From Candidatus Micrarchaeota archaeon (lineage in GTDB: Archaea; Micrarchaeota; Micrarchaeia; Micrarchaeales; CABMGC01): DNA of 48,788 nucleotides. The translations under genes and the position numbers were made by a program. The stretch lies in the NCBI GenBank assembly GCA_046536675.1, contig JAWDMK010000003.1, forward strand, positions 1-48,788, read 5' to 3'. Positions within the stretch are counted from its first letter, which is position 1. Each line of letters begins with the position of its first letter. Positions 16,615 to 26,720 of this stretch are shown one piece after another. The notes beneath the pieces are model-generated. The model was not told where the DNA came from, made no database searches, and saw only the letters and a program-made list of their open reading frames with translations.

Positions 16615-19014
16615 ATGGAGAAGATAATTCCAACTCAGCTTGAAGATGAATTGCAGTCAAGCTACATAGACTATGCAATGAGTGTAATAATAGGAAGGGC
16701 TATTCCTGACGCTAGAGATGGTCTTAAACCTGCACAGAGAAGGATACTTTATGCGATGTATAATATTAACAACCTCCATAACCAGCCAACAAAAAAGAGT
16801 GCAAGGGTTGTTGGAGAGGTTATAGGTAAGTATCACCCACATGGTGATATCGCTGTTTATGATGCTTTGGTGAGGCTTGCCCAGGACTTTGCCATGAATC
16901 ATGTTCTTGTTGAAGGTCAGGGAAACTTTGGCTCTATCGATGGAGATCCACCTGCAGCAATGCGTTATACTGAAGTAAGGCTCACAAGCTTTGCTGAAGA
17001 GATGCTCGCTGATCTTGATAAAGATACTGTTGAGTTTGTACCTAACTTCGATAACACTGAAAAAGAGCCAGTAACATTACCATCTAAGATTCCAAATCTG
17101 CTTGTAAATGGTGCATCTGGAATCGCTGTTGGAGTTGCAACAAGTATACCGCCGCACAACCTGATAGAGGTGTGTGACGCTATAATATACACAATAGAGC
17201 ACGAAGATGTGACAGTAGACGATCTGCTTAAAATAATAAAAGGGCCTGACTTCCCTACAGGCGGCATAGCGCTCATGTCAAACAATGCTTATAATGGCTA
17301 CAGATACGGCAGGGGGCAGGTGACAGTAAGGGCAAAGGCAGCAATCGATGAAAAAAAGAATGAAATAGTAATAAGTGAGATTCCATACAATGTAAATAAA
17401 TCAGAGCTTATCAAAAACATAGTCGAGCTTGTAAAAGAGAAGAAAATAACTGGCATATCTAACTTAAGAGATGAAAGCGGAAAAGAGGGCGTGCATATTG
17501 TTATAGAGCTAAAAAACGGCGAGAGCGGCGATAGTGTGCTCAATGCACTCTACAAGCACACACAGCTTGAAGTGACTTTTCCTATAATAAACCTTGCAGT
17601 TATCGGCAAGAGTCTTAAGAATTTCAATATTCTGCAGCTTGTCCAGACATTTATCAATTACAGAAGAGAGATAATAAAGAGAAGAACAACATTTGAGCTA
17701 AATAAAGCAAGTGAAAGGGTGCACATACTTGATGGCCTTATAATAGCAATATCAAACATCAACGAGGTTGTCAAATTAATAAGGGAAAGTGCCTCAGTAA
17801 GCGATGCAAGGGCAAAGCTCATAGCATCTTTTTCGCTCAGCGAGAAGCAGGCTAATGCAATACTTGAAATGAAGCTTAGCAGGCTTACACATTTAGAATA
17901 TGATTCAATAAGCAGTGAGCGCTCGAGCCTTTTGGAAAAGATAAAGTACTACAACGAAGTTTTATCAAATCCAAAAGAAGTAGATAAAATAATAATCAAC
18001 GAAACAGCAGAGATAAAACAGAAATATGGAAGGAGCAGGAGAACAAAGATAGTTGAAGTAGAAGAAGAGGAGATAGAGCTGAAGGAAGAAGATTTGATAA
18101 GCAACGAAAGAACAACTGTAATATACACGAATACTGGTTATATAAAGAGAATGAGTCTCGATTACTACAAAGAACAAGCCAGAGGCGGCAAAGGAATTAT
18201 CGCCATAAACCTTAAGGAAGGCGACTATGTCAAGCAAATAATGACATGCAATACAAAGGATTATCTGCTCTGTATATCTGACAAAGGACGCGCATACTGG
18301 CTTAAGGCTTACAGAATACCAGAAGGAAATCGCTATTCTGAAGGAAAGAGCATAGTAAATCTGCTTAATCTGAAAGAAGAGAAGATAATAGTCTTATTCC
18401 CATTGCGTGACCTTGAAAATTCAAACATAGTGCTACTAACAAAGAAAGGCTTAGTAAAGAAGATGAGCGCAAGGCTCTTTTCAAGACCTAGGTCAACAGG
18501 CATAGCAGCAATTACACTTAGAGAGAATGATTCCATTGTTGATGCCATATCGTACATTAATGAGAAATACTTGTTTATAATGAGTAAATTGGGCAAAGCT
18601 ATAAAGTTTGAAGAAAAAGAGCTAAGACAGGTGGGTAGGGGTGCAATGGGAGTAAGAGGCATAAAACTTGCAAGTGGCGACGAAGCCAAGAACGTAATAG
18701 CAGCTGGTGATATTGGTTATATACTGACAGTTACAGAAAATGGATACGGCAAGCTTACTGAAGTAAGCAAATACAGGGTGCAAAGGAGAGGTGGTATGGG
18801 CGTTCTAAACATCAAGGTTACCGAAAAAACAGGCAATGTTGCAAAATCTATATTCTTAAGCGGCGAAGCAAATGTGGTTTTGATAAATTCAAAAGGAATA
18901 GCAATCTCGTTTGATGCAGCAAGTATAAGGATAACAGGAAGAAATGCAAGCGGAGTAAGGCTTATGAAGCTTGATGAAGGTGCAAAAGTTATAGACGCAC
19001 AGATCTTTACATAA
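16615..19014 (+). CDS. gyrA: DNA gyrase subunit A
   Basis: DGLKP-QRR, YHPHGD, catalytic AAMRYTE, GyrA-box QARGGKG, beta-pinwheel repeats. Confidence 0.97.
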   Translation: MEKIIPTQLEDELQSSYIDYAMSVIIGRAIPDARDGLKPAQRRILYAMYNINNLHNQPTKKSARVVGEVIGKYHPHGDIAVYDALVRLAQDFAMNHVLVEGQGNFGSIDGDPPAAMRYTEVRLTSFAEEMLADLDKDTVEFVPNFDNTEKEPVTLPSKIPNLLVNGASGIAVGVATSIPPHNLIEVCDAIIYTIEHEDVTVDDLLKIIKGPDFPTGGIALMSNNAYNGYRYGRGQVTVRAKAAIDEKKNEIVISEIPYNVNKSELIKNIVELVKEKKITGISNLRDESGKEGVHIVIELKNGESGDSVLNALYKHTQLEVTFPIINLAVIGKSLKNFNILQLVQTFINYRREIIKRRTTFELNKASERVHILDGLIIAISNINEVVKLIRESASVSDARAKLIASFSLSEKQANAILEMKLSRLTHLEYDSISSERSSLLEKIKYYNEVLSNPKEVDKIIINETAEIKQKYGRSRRTKIVEVEEEEIELKEEDLISNERTTVIYTNTGYIKRMSLDYYKEQARGGKGIIAINLKEGDYVKQIMTCNTKDYLLCISDKGRAYWLKAYRIPEGNRYSEGKSIVNLLNLKEEKIIVLFPLRDLENSNIVLLTKKGLVKKMSARLFSRPRSTGIAAITLRENDSIVDAISYINEKYLFIMSKLGKAIKFEEKELRQVGRGAMGVRGIKLASGDEAKNVIAAGDIGYILTVTENGYGKLTEVSKYRVQRRGGMGVLNIKVTEKTGNVAKSIFLSGEANVVLINSKGIAISFDAASIRITGRNASGVRLMKLDEGAKVIDAQIFT

Positions 19015-19019
19015 CGTTT

Positions 19020-21803
19020 TCATTCCCTCCAGAACTTCCTGTATTTTATATAATTTTTTTGTGCTTCTATTAAATCTATGAGAAAGTACTTGTAATCACT
19101 TCTTACCATTTTAAGTATTTTTGCAGCTGTTTTTACACCTATACCATATGTTGAAAGTGCGACAAGCGCCCTTTTACCATATTCATTTATTAAATCTGCG
19201 CAAGTAAGGCTCTCAGAATAGTACTGCCTTTCTTTTTCAGACAATTTTTCGCTTTTTTTCGCCTTTTCTATACTCTCCATATACTCCTCTTTATATACAG
19301 ATACCATATTGCTCCCACATGCTGGGCACTTTATCTTCTCACCTTCTTTTAGCTCGCTTAAGATTTTGGAAAACCTAAATCCGCAAAAGGTGCATAGTAG
19401 CTCAACCTTCTTCCCCTCCATGCCCTCTATAAACTGTTTAAGTTCGCTGCTTCCAGGAGTGACTGGCAGAAGAAGCTCTTTGTAATAATATGCTGACCTC
19501 AGCACTTCATTTGCAAAAGGGCTCAGTTCACCGAAATCGTAAAATTCAAAACGCAGGCTTCCTGTTCTAAGCGAGCTAAGAAATTCGTTTACATGTTCAA
19601 CGTCATAATAATTCTTGTATAGGTCCCTTAAAACTTCCTTATAAATTTCACTTCCTTTGTAAAGTTGGATAAGTTTATCAGCAATATTTCTTGTAATGGT
19701 TGCATTTTTTTCAATTATGCCGAAAAGCTTTGCAGTTTGTATGAACTTATATCTGAAAAGCTCTGACTGTGCAATAATTGCACTGTTATTTATTAGGTTT
19801 TCTATATTGAATTCTTTTAGAATACTCAAATCTCTTTTGATATTCGGCCTTTTCTTTGCAAGGCTAGTGTCTAATATAATTGCATAAGGCGTCGACTTTA
19901 TTGTAATAGTACCTGCATCAGCAGTAAAAATGCTACCTATTATCTTGCCTAAAAAGTCATTAGCAAGCTTTCCTAGTGGCGAATAAATTATTACATAATC
20001 TTCTCTTATCTCTACAGGTATTGTACCACTCTTGAACCTGTAATACTTGTTTTGCTTTTCAAAGAATAAGCTTATCTCTTTACTTAGTTCATTGCTTATA
20101 TTTTTCTCTATAAAGCTTATCTCTTCTTTTTCTAAAAGATTTCCTACAGCATTAGCAACCTCAAACGAAACAGGAATATCTTCACCTTCCCAATCGGGAA
20201 TAGCAGCTTCTATGCTTGTTGAAGGCTCAACATAGATTACACCTTTATCTATACTAACAACATGCCATGGTAAGCCTTTTGCTATAAAGTCTGAGCCTTC
20301 ATCTATATAATTTGCAACGAACCTTTCATCAAGCGATGAAATTATCTTATTAGTAGTAATATTTTTCACAATAAATCTTGAAACGTCCGGTATCACACTT
20401 ATATTATTTATAAAATATTTTAGAGTTCTCGAGCCTCTTAGTATGAAGCCATTAGCACGCTTTATAATATGCTGTTCTTCAAGTGTTTTGAGTATTCCTT
20501 CAAGAGTTTCTTTTTTAAGATCAATAAAAGGTCCTGCCCTTGAGAAAATCTTTATCACCTTGCTTTCACTTATACCATTATATTCAAGGGCGATTGAAGC
20601 AATCTGATTGGCCGCAACATCAGCAGGGTTTCTTTCCATACTATTCTTTTCAAGCCTCCTTTCAATGGAGAGCCTTGCAATAGTTCCTGATTCTAATGCA
20701 TCGATAACACTTCCCACTATTACGGTGCCTTTAGCTTCACCCTTAATGCCATGTCCACTTCTTCCAACCCTCTGAATAAGTCTTGTTACCTGTTTCGGGG
20801 AGCCGTATTGCATCACAAGATCAACATCCCCTATATCTATGCCGAGTTCCAAAGAACTAGTTGCAATAATGCTTTTTATTTCACCTTTCTTAAAAGCATC
20901 CTCCACCTTTATTCTTTCTTCTTTGTCGAGTGAACTATGGTGAATTGCAACAGGTCCGAATTTATATATATTTGATAAGTGTATTATTTTGCTTCCAAGC
21001 GACTCTGCAACCTGCCGCGTATTCACAAAAAGTATACTCTTCCTATTTTCTTTTATAAGCGAAATAATCCTTTCTACCCTTGCGATTGATTCTTTATCAA
21101 GCGAAAACTTTTCTCTCAGCTCCTTGTAATTATATATCGGCTCATTTGGCATCTCTACCTTTAATGAAAAGTTCTTCTCACCGGCGTCTTTTATTATTTT
21201 ATACTCTCTTTTGCCAAATAAGAAGATCGCAGCTTCATCAAGATTACCTACAGTTGCACTTACTCCTATTCTCTGAAATTCACCAGCAATTTCGACAAGC
21301 CTCTCCAATGCAATAGAGAGCTGAGCGCCTCTCTTTGTGTGGTATAACTCATGTAGTTCATCCACGATAACTGTTTTAACATTCCTTAGGGCATTTCTAA
21401 ATGACTTTGTGATTAGTATAATTTGCAGTGTTTCTGGAGTTGTTATTAGAAGCTGGGGCGGCTTTCTTATCTGTGCACTTCTTTCTTTGCTAGGCGTGTC
21501 CCCATGTCTCACAGCTATGCTTATCCCAAACTTATTGCAAATATCCTCAAGCCTTCTTAGCAAATCTCTGTTGAGTGATCGAAGCGGTGTAACATAAATA
21601 GCTCTTATTCCAACAGAAGGCTCCTTTCTAATCTTTTCAATTATAGGGAGTATAGCGGCTTCTGTTTTGCCTGTTCCTGTTGGGGCGGTTATTATGCAGT
21701 TTTCCCCGCGTTCAACCTCACCTATTGCACGCTTCTGTATCTCGCTAAATTCTTTGAATTTTGATAAGAAATACTCATAAACCTCTTTTTTATCTTCAGG
21801 CAA
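19020..21803 (-). CDS. lhr: Lhr-family SF2 helicase with C-terminal Cys4 motif
   Basis: APTGTGKT, RHGDT, TTPETL, VDELH, SSLELGIDIG, QRVGRSGH, P-WEGE, CTFC...CPACGS. TTG 21803 is the likely start. Confidence 0.92.
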   Translation of the reverse strand: MPEDKKEVYEYFLSKFKEFSEIQKRAIGEVERGENCIITAPTGTGKTEAAILPIIEKIRKEPSVGIRAIYVTPLRSLNRDLLRRLEDICNKFGISIAVRHGDTPSKERSAQIRKPPQLLITTPETLQIILITKSFRNALRNVKTVIVDELHELYHTKRGAQLSIALERLVEIAGEFQRIGVSATVGNLDEAAIFLFGKREYKIIKDAGEKNFSLKVEMPNEPIYNYKELREKFSLDKESIARVERIISLIKENRKSILFVNTRQVAESLGSKIIHLSNIYKFGPVAIHHSSLDKEERIKVEDAFKKGEIKSIIATSSLELGIDIGDVDLVMQYGSPKQVTRLIQRVGRSGHGIKGEAKGTVIVGSVIDALESGTIARLSIERRLEKNSMERNPADVAANQIASIALEYNGISESKVIKIFSRAGPFIDLKKETLEGILKTLEEQHIIKRANGFILRGSRTLKYFINNISVIPDVSRFIVKNITTNKIISSLDERFVANYIDEGSDFIAKGLPWHVVSIDKGVIYVEPSTSIEAAIPDWEGEDIPVSFEVANAVGNLLEKEEISFIEKNISNELSKEISLFFEKQNKYYRFKSGTIPVEIREDYVIIYSPLGKLANDFLGKIIGSIFTADAGTITIKSTPYAIILDTSLAKKRPNIKRDLSILKEFNIENLINNSAIIAQSELFRYKFIQTAKLFGIIEKNATITRNIADKLIQLYKGSEIYKEVLRDLYKNYYDVEHVNEFLSSLRTGSLRFEFYDFGELSPFANEVLRSAYYYKELLLPVTPGSSELKQFIEGMEGKKVELLCTFCGFRFSKILSELKEGEKIKCPACGSNMVSVYKEEYMESIEKAKKSEKLSEKERQYYSESLTCADLINEYGKRALVALSTYGIGVKTAAKILKMVRSDYKYFLIDLIEAQKNYIKYRKFWRE

Positions 21804-21810
21804 AAGACCA

Positions 21811-23436
21811 CTAACCAAAGAAGTTAATAATAGCACTACCAAGAGAGTTCCTTCTTTCATTGTTTACAGAATAGCTAACGTTAAGAGCTACTCTTAAGCC
21901 TAGCGGAATACCAGTTATTATAGTGCCGTTCTGATAGCACGTTGCTGTGAGGCTTGCATTTGCACCAGGCGCAATGCTAACGTTTGCAGGTGTTTGTTTG
22001 CCTTTTCCAATAAAGCAGTTTATACTGTTTATTGTAACACTTTTGTTAATGATGTTCTTCAGGGTAAAGTATATCTGGCCATTCGCAAACTTTACGTTGC
22101 TGCAGCTAAAGTTTTCAACATTGCAATAGTTTGTAAAACCAGAAGAGAAAATAAACGAGCTTCCATTTGCACCAAGCTCTTTAAGCAGATTTATATTTAC
22201 AGGCACAGCAGAGATTATTGTGCTTTGGTTAACAAGCGAGAAAAGGGTAAAGTTATATGGTACTATAAATGTGCTTGTTCTCACAAGACCAAACTTACCT
22301 ATCTTATGCGACGCTTGAAATATGTATGTACTGCAATAGCTCTGGTTGGTGACGTTTGTTATTATACCATAGCAGACAAGGCTTACCGGATTTTGATTGA
22401 TGCTTGGCACAATAACAGCATTCGAGTATGCTAAAATCCTTGCAGCGGATGGTGAATTTGTTGGGAAATAATATGCCTTATAATCAGCAAGTAATGCTGT
22501 ATTGTTTGGCATGAAGCTTTCCATTTTGGTAAATGCAGGATTGCTTGGCAATGGATTTGTATAATTTTTATCAATAAGGTCTAAGCATAGGCCATTCTTA
22601 TATACAATATTCTTTATCCAGCCGTTAGAGTACCAGCTGCATAGTGTTATATTTTTTCCAAGTTCTGCAAACGTAACATTATTACCCTTAACCTCTTTTT
22701 GTGTATAGCTTGCATTTACAGCTTGTAATGCGCTAAGTATCGCATTTTGGTTTATGCTTCCTCTAAGCCATATTGAGTAAATAGAGCTGCCGTTTGAATA
22801 GTTTGCGTAAGCAACGCCTATCTCACTTATATAATTATGTGCAATCCCAATTAGTGAAGTAAAGAGTGTATATGGCAGGTTAAGGTCTGCAAAACTTAGT
22901 TCACTAATTGAATAATTATAATTTAGAAATGTAGCAACAAGCGCTCCTATAGAAGTAAGATTTGCCTCCTCCAAATATATAAGACCATTTGAACTTATTG
23001 GTGCATAAGCTTCTAATGCCTGTGGTGCCCTTACATTTATAACTGTAGTAGCAACCGCTTTTGACCTATCAATTATCGGGTAAAGCTTTGCAGGATCTGC
23101 TATTGCAGTTACATTATATGTACCATTTGTGTTGGGAGTGAAGTTAAAGTAAAAAACAGCTTCCTTCCCGCTTGGTACCGTAAGGCTATACTCTCTGCTT
23201 GCATTTCCATTTACTAAAACCTCAAATCCCATTCCCTTTATGTTGCTGCTTCCTATATTGTCAACAGTAATTTGTATTGTTGCCTTTTGGAACGGAAAGA
23301 TTGTGCTGTTGCTGCTTGAAAGCTTTACATCTAAATTTACAGGTGGCTGGTAAGTAAATCTAATATAAAGTGCCACTAAAACCACGGCGACAAAGAACAC
23401 TAATATAAGATAATCTATTTTATTCATTTTTCTCAA
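21811..23436 (-). CDS. Membrane-anchored, Asn/Ser/Thr-rich surface protein with CARDB/Ig-like domain
   Basis: N-terminal TM helix, ITVDNIGS...GTYNVTAIADP CARDB pattern, about 25 N-x-S/T sequons, paired Cys in C-terminal domain. Confidence 0.75.
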   Translation of the reverse strand: MRKMNKIDYLILVFFVAVVLVALYIRFTYQPPVNLDVKLSSSNSTIFPFQKATIQITVDNIGSSNIKGMGFEVLVNGNASREYSLTVPSGKEAVFYFNFTPNTNGTYNVTAIADPAKLYPIIDRSKAVATTVINVRAPQALEAYAPISSNGLIYLEEANLTSIGALVATFLNYNYSISELSFADLNLPYTLFTSLIGIAHNYISEIGVAYANYSNGSSIYSIWLRGSINQNAILSALQAVNASYTQKEVKGNNVTFAELGKNITLCSWYSNGWIKNIVYKNGLCLDLIDKNYTNPLPSNPAFTKMESFMPNNTALLADYKAYYFPTNSPSAARILAYSNAVIVPSINQNPVSLVCYGIITNVTNQSYCSTYIFQASHKIGKFGLVRTSTFIVPYNFTLFSLVNQSTIISAVPVNINLLKELGANGSSFIFSSGFTNYCNVENFSCSNVKFANGQIYFTLKNIINKSVTINSINCFIGKGKQTPANVSIAPGANASLTATCYQNGTIITGIPLGLRVALNVSYSVNNERRNSLGSAIINFFG

Positions 23437-23437
23437 C

Positions 23438-23905
23438 CTACTGGCTTATTGGCTTGTTTTTTAGCTCATTCACCGCTTCTTTTACCTTGTTTATTACATT
23501 ATTAAATTCTTCCTTAAAAAGATTGTTTGCCCACGCTTCAACATCATACTTATCTCCTACCCCTGGCATTTTGAAGTAAAACTTTCCTTGGCTGTTTTCA
23601 ATAATACCTAATTTTTTGAACCTGAGCAGGTGGTATCTAAGAGTCTTCTCGTTTATATTCTGCCAATTATTATTTATATATTCCGTTAGCTCAGTGATAT
23701 TTGGGTCAAGCTTTTTTATAAACTGGAAGTAAAGGAGTGCATCAAGCACAGCAATAGCACTGAGCCTTGACTCGCCCGGATTGATGATGCCAAGAGATAA
23801 AGCAAGCCATCTTGCTATTGAACGCCTTGTCTCAAGCACCTCTTTGGTAAGCCTCATATCCCTTAGCGTTATCTCGTTTTCTATAAGCTCAGCTTCGTTA
23901 AGCAT
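23438..23905 (-). CDS. Winged-helix domain protein (putative regulator)
   Basis: NEKTLRYHLLRFKKLGII...GKFYF wHTH pattern. ATG 23905 follows a GGTG SD. Confidence 0.7.
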   Translation of the reverse strand: MLNEAELIENEITLRDMRLTKEVLETRRSIARWLALSLGIINPGESRLSAIAVLDALLYFQFIKKLDPNITELTEYINNNWQNINEKTLRYHLLRFKKLGIIENSQGKFYFKMPGVGDKYDVEAWANNLFKEEFNNVINKVKEAVNELKNKPISQ

Positions 23906-23965
23906 AACCGACACCAAAAATATATGTATATACAAATTTAAATTAGTTGAGCCTACTCTTATATA

Positions 23966-24664
23966 ATGGAAACGTATGTTGGCACCTCAGGCTGGATGTA
24001 TAGTTGGAACAAAGAAGGCAGCCTTGAATGGTACGTAAACAACTCCGGCTTAAATGCTGTAGAGCTTAATGCAAGCTTCTACAGGTTCCCATATCCAAAC
24101 CAAGTAAAGCACTGGGCAAGCATTGGGAGCAGCATATCTTGGGCTGTTAAGGTAAACAGGCTTATAACCCACCAATATAAGCTTAGCGAGAATAGCTACA
24201 AACTTTTGGAGAGGTTTCTAAACTTGTTTGAGCCCCTTGACAAGCATATAAGATATTACCTTTTCCAGCTTCCACCTTTTATAACGCCAAATATAATAAA
24301 AAACATAGAGCCCCTGCTTAAGAAATTTGATATTGCTGAAAAGTTTGCACTTGAACCAAGAGCAAGTGAGTGGTTCAATAAAGAGGTTTACAAGCAGCTT
24401 AAGGAACTTGGCATAACATTTGTAAGCATAGATGCACCATTTGCAAGCGTTATAGAAAAAACCTCAAACACCATATATTTAAGGCTCCATGGAAGGGAAA
24501 GCTGGTATAGCTATAATTATTCAGACAAGGAGCTTGAGGAACTATTTTTGCGAATAAAAGAAAAAAATCCCAAAAAGGCATTTGTCTTTTTCAACAACGA
24601 CCACGATATGCTGAACAATGCAAGGAAATTCATAAAAATAGCGTTGCGTTTGGGCTCTGGCTAA
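23966..24664 (+). CDS. DUF72 family protein
   Basis: YVGTSGW-Y, VELNASFY, LFQLPP, YLRLHG, FFNND. Confidence 0.92.
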   Translation: METYVGTSGWMYSWNKEGSLEWYVNNSGLNAVELNASFYRFPYPNQVKHWASIGSSISWAVKVNRLITHQYKLSENSYKLLERFLNLFEPLDKHIRYYLFQLPPFITPNIIKNIEPLLKKFDIAEKFALEPRASEWFNKEVYKQLKELGITFVSIDAPFASVIEKTSNTIYLRLHGRESWYSYNYSDKELEELFLRIKEKNPKKAFVFFNNDHDMLNNARKFIKIALRLGSG

Positions 24665-24694
24665 GGTCAATACACATAGTCCAAGTGTTTAAAT

Positions 24695-24709
24695 AAAAGT
24701 ATTTATATT
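24695..24709 (+). promoter_or_regulatory. BRE/TATA promoter of the putative pfdB-DHH-mre11 operon
   Basis: AAAAGTA-TTTATAT about 22 nt upstream of ATG 24731 (leaderless spacing). Confidence 0.55.
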
Positions 24710-24730
24710 TAATAAAAATAAATCAAAAAC

Positions 24731-25126
24731 ATGCCGACTTTAGATTTAAATGTTGAAAGCAATCCGCAGGAGCTCATAGCATTTAGGAGAAATGAGCTTG
24801 ACTTTAAACTTAAATTTATCCTTTCTGATGTAGATTCAAGTAGAAACTACTGGGTTGAGGCGCTGGTAGAAGTAGAACCTCCAATCTCTCTTGCACCTGA
24901 TAGATCATTAAAGCTTGGAAAGATAAATGTCGGTATACTTTCAAACGGCGTGGTAAAAGAGAAAAGGTTCAAGATCTTTTCAAACAATGACATATACCCA
25001 GATACTTTCCAAATAAAAATTACCACTTTAATTTATGATTCAGATGGCGCCGTAGCAGAGAGAAATGAGGTAAAGCGCGATGTGGTCTGCGTCAACAAAG
25101 GTGAAAAGAATGGTAAAGTACTTTAA
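24731..25126 (+). CDS. Hypothetical protein (beta-rich, Ig-like pattern)
   Basis: 131-aa ORF with promoter, first gene of a tightly packed operon. Confidence 0.7.
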   Translation: MPTLDLNVESNPQELIAFRRNELDFKLKFILSDVDSSRNYWVEALVEVEPPISLAPDRSLKLGKINVGILSNGVVKEKRFKIFSNNDIYPDTFQIKITTLIYDSDGAVAERNEVKRDVVCVNKGEKNGKVL

Positions 25127-25349
25127 AATATATGATTCAAACGAGGTGCTTTATGTTACTATAGACGATAGTGGTGCAGCCATACTAAGAGACAAAGGAG
25201 GCAGAAAAGTTTTCCTTTCAAGGTATCAGGCAAAGCTTATGAAATTTGGTATAGATAATATAATAGGCGAAAAGCAAAAAACGCATGATAAAGATGTGCG
25301 TATAGAAGAGATAAGTAAGGAGCAGATGGAGAAAGAACTAAGTGGTTAG
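25110..25349 (+). CDS. Hypothetical protein
   Basis: ATG 25110 preceded by AGGTGA SD; abuts pfdB. Confidence 0.65.
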   Translation: MVKYFKIYDSNEVLYVTIDDSGAAILRDKGGRKVFLSRYQAKLMKFGIDNIIGEKQKTHDKDVRIEEISKEQMEKELSG

Positions 25350-25703
25350 ATGGAAAATCCAAGCGGAAAAGGCGAAAACGGAGAACAAGAGCTAGAGAAG
25401 CTCGTAAAAGAGTATCAATTACTAGAAGAGCAAATAAGAGGGTTTACTCTTCAGCTTCAAGACCTGCAGCTACAAAAAAACGAGGCAGAAAATGCAAGGG
25501 GCGAGGTTGAGAAAGCCACAGGAAAAGTTTACCTAACAATAGGTGGTATAATAGTAGAGACAGACAAGGAGAAGGCGCTGAGCAATTTGAAGGAAAAGAG
25601 CGAGAGCTTAGATCTAAGGATACAAATGATTAATAAGCAGCTTTCATCTCTTAAATCACGAGAAGAAGCGATAAAAAAGAAGCTCTCCGGCATGCAGCAA
25701 TAA
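25350..25703 (+). CDS. pfdB: Prefoldin beta subunit
   Basis: Coiled coil - beta hairpin (KVYLTIGGIIVET) - coiled coil, 117 aa. Confidence 0.9.
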   Translation: MENPSGKGENGEQELEKLVKEYQLLEEQIRGFTLQLQDLQLQKNEAENARGEVEKATGKVYLTIGGIIVETDKEKALSNLKEKSESLDLRIQMINKQLSSLKSREEAIKKKLSGMQQ

Positions 25704-25705
25704 CG

Positions 25706-26704
25706 GTGGTTTCTTTGAAGGTTTTGAGCTTCGAGGACCTTTTAAAATTTTTTGTAGTGAATTCGCAAAAGAGGTTCCTCTTCACCTTTCATTCTATTGG
25801 AGATAGAGATGCTGTTGGCTCTGCAGTTGCATTTTCTAATTGCTTTGAGCATGCAAAAGTGGGAACCCCTGATTTTATAACAAACAATGCAAGAAGGATG
25901 CTTAAGGAAGTGGGCTATGAAGAACATATAGAGGTGGCATCCTTAGATAATGTAGAGGTGGTTGTTGTCTTCGATGCAAACAATCTGGAATCTCTTGGTG
26001 CGCTCGGTGAGCAGCTTAAGAGGTTTAGAGGTGAGGTCCTTTTTATAGACCACCACCTTCCTACAAACGGAGAGCTTGGAAACAACTTCTTGCTATTTTC
26101 GGATGAAAGTTTCAATTCTACCTCAAGCATCATCTATGATCTTCTGCTCAAGCTTGGTAAAAAAGTAAATAAGGAGATGGCTGTGCTCTTGCTTAACGGA
26201 ATTATCTCTGACTCAGCAGACTTTAAGAATGCTACCGCTCACACATTTATACAAATAGGCGAATTGCTTAGAATAGCGGGCATGAACTACGCTGAGATCA
26301 TGGAATATTTTCATGAGAGCATACCTTTGGAAAACAGGTACGAAACGATAAAGGACCTTTATAACTCATCTGTTGAGGTAGTGGGCAAATATCTATTGGT
26401 ATATGGCAGAGCAAAGGAGCATGCAAATGTTGCTGCAGATATGGCGATTAAGATAGGCGCCGATGCTTCGCTCTTCTGGATGGTTTCTGAAAAAGAGGCA
26501 TCAATTTCAGCAAGACTAAGGCCACCGCTTGATAAAAAGCATTCGATACATTTGGGCAGGGTGATGCGGCATGTATCTGCATTTCTTAATGGAAACGGTG
26601 GCGGCCATCCGTGTGCGGCAGGTGCATACGGGTCAAATAAGGAAGCAGTTGGTAAAGCGGTCGAGGCTGCGCTTCAAGAAATAAAAAGATCGTTGAATAG
26701 CTGA
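25706..26704 (+). CDS. DHH/DHHA1 family phosphoesterase (NrnA-like)
   Basis: H-x-x-x-D-x-DA, VFD, IDHH, GIISDS, GGGHPCAAG. Confidence 0.9.
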   Translation: MVSLKVLSFEDLLKFFVVNSQKRFLFTFHSIGDRDAVGSAVAFSNCFEHAKVGTPDFITNNARRMLKEVGYEEHIEVASLDNVEVVVVFDANNLESLGALGEQLKRFRGEVLFIDHHLPTNGELGNNFLLFSDESFNSTSSIIYDLLLKLGKKVNKEMAVLLLNGIISDSADFKNATAHTFIQIGELLRIAGMNYAEIMEYFHESIPLENRYETIKDLYNSSVEVVGKYLLVYGRAKEHANVAADMAIKIGADASLFWMVSEKEASISARLRPPLDKKHSIHLGRVMRHVSAFLNGNGGGHPCAAGAYGSNKEAVGKAVEAALQEIKRSLNS

Positions 26705-26720
26705 CTAATAGGATGATATA

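Noticed and set aside
21804-21860. Apparent signal peptide on Lhr (MKEGTLLVVLLL)
   Set aside because: Overlaps the upstream gene in another frame; TTG 21803 after GTGGT gives a normal cytoplasmic helicase
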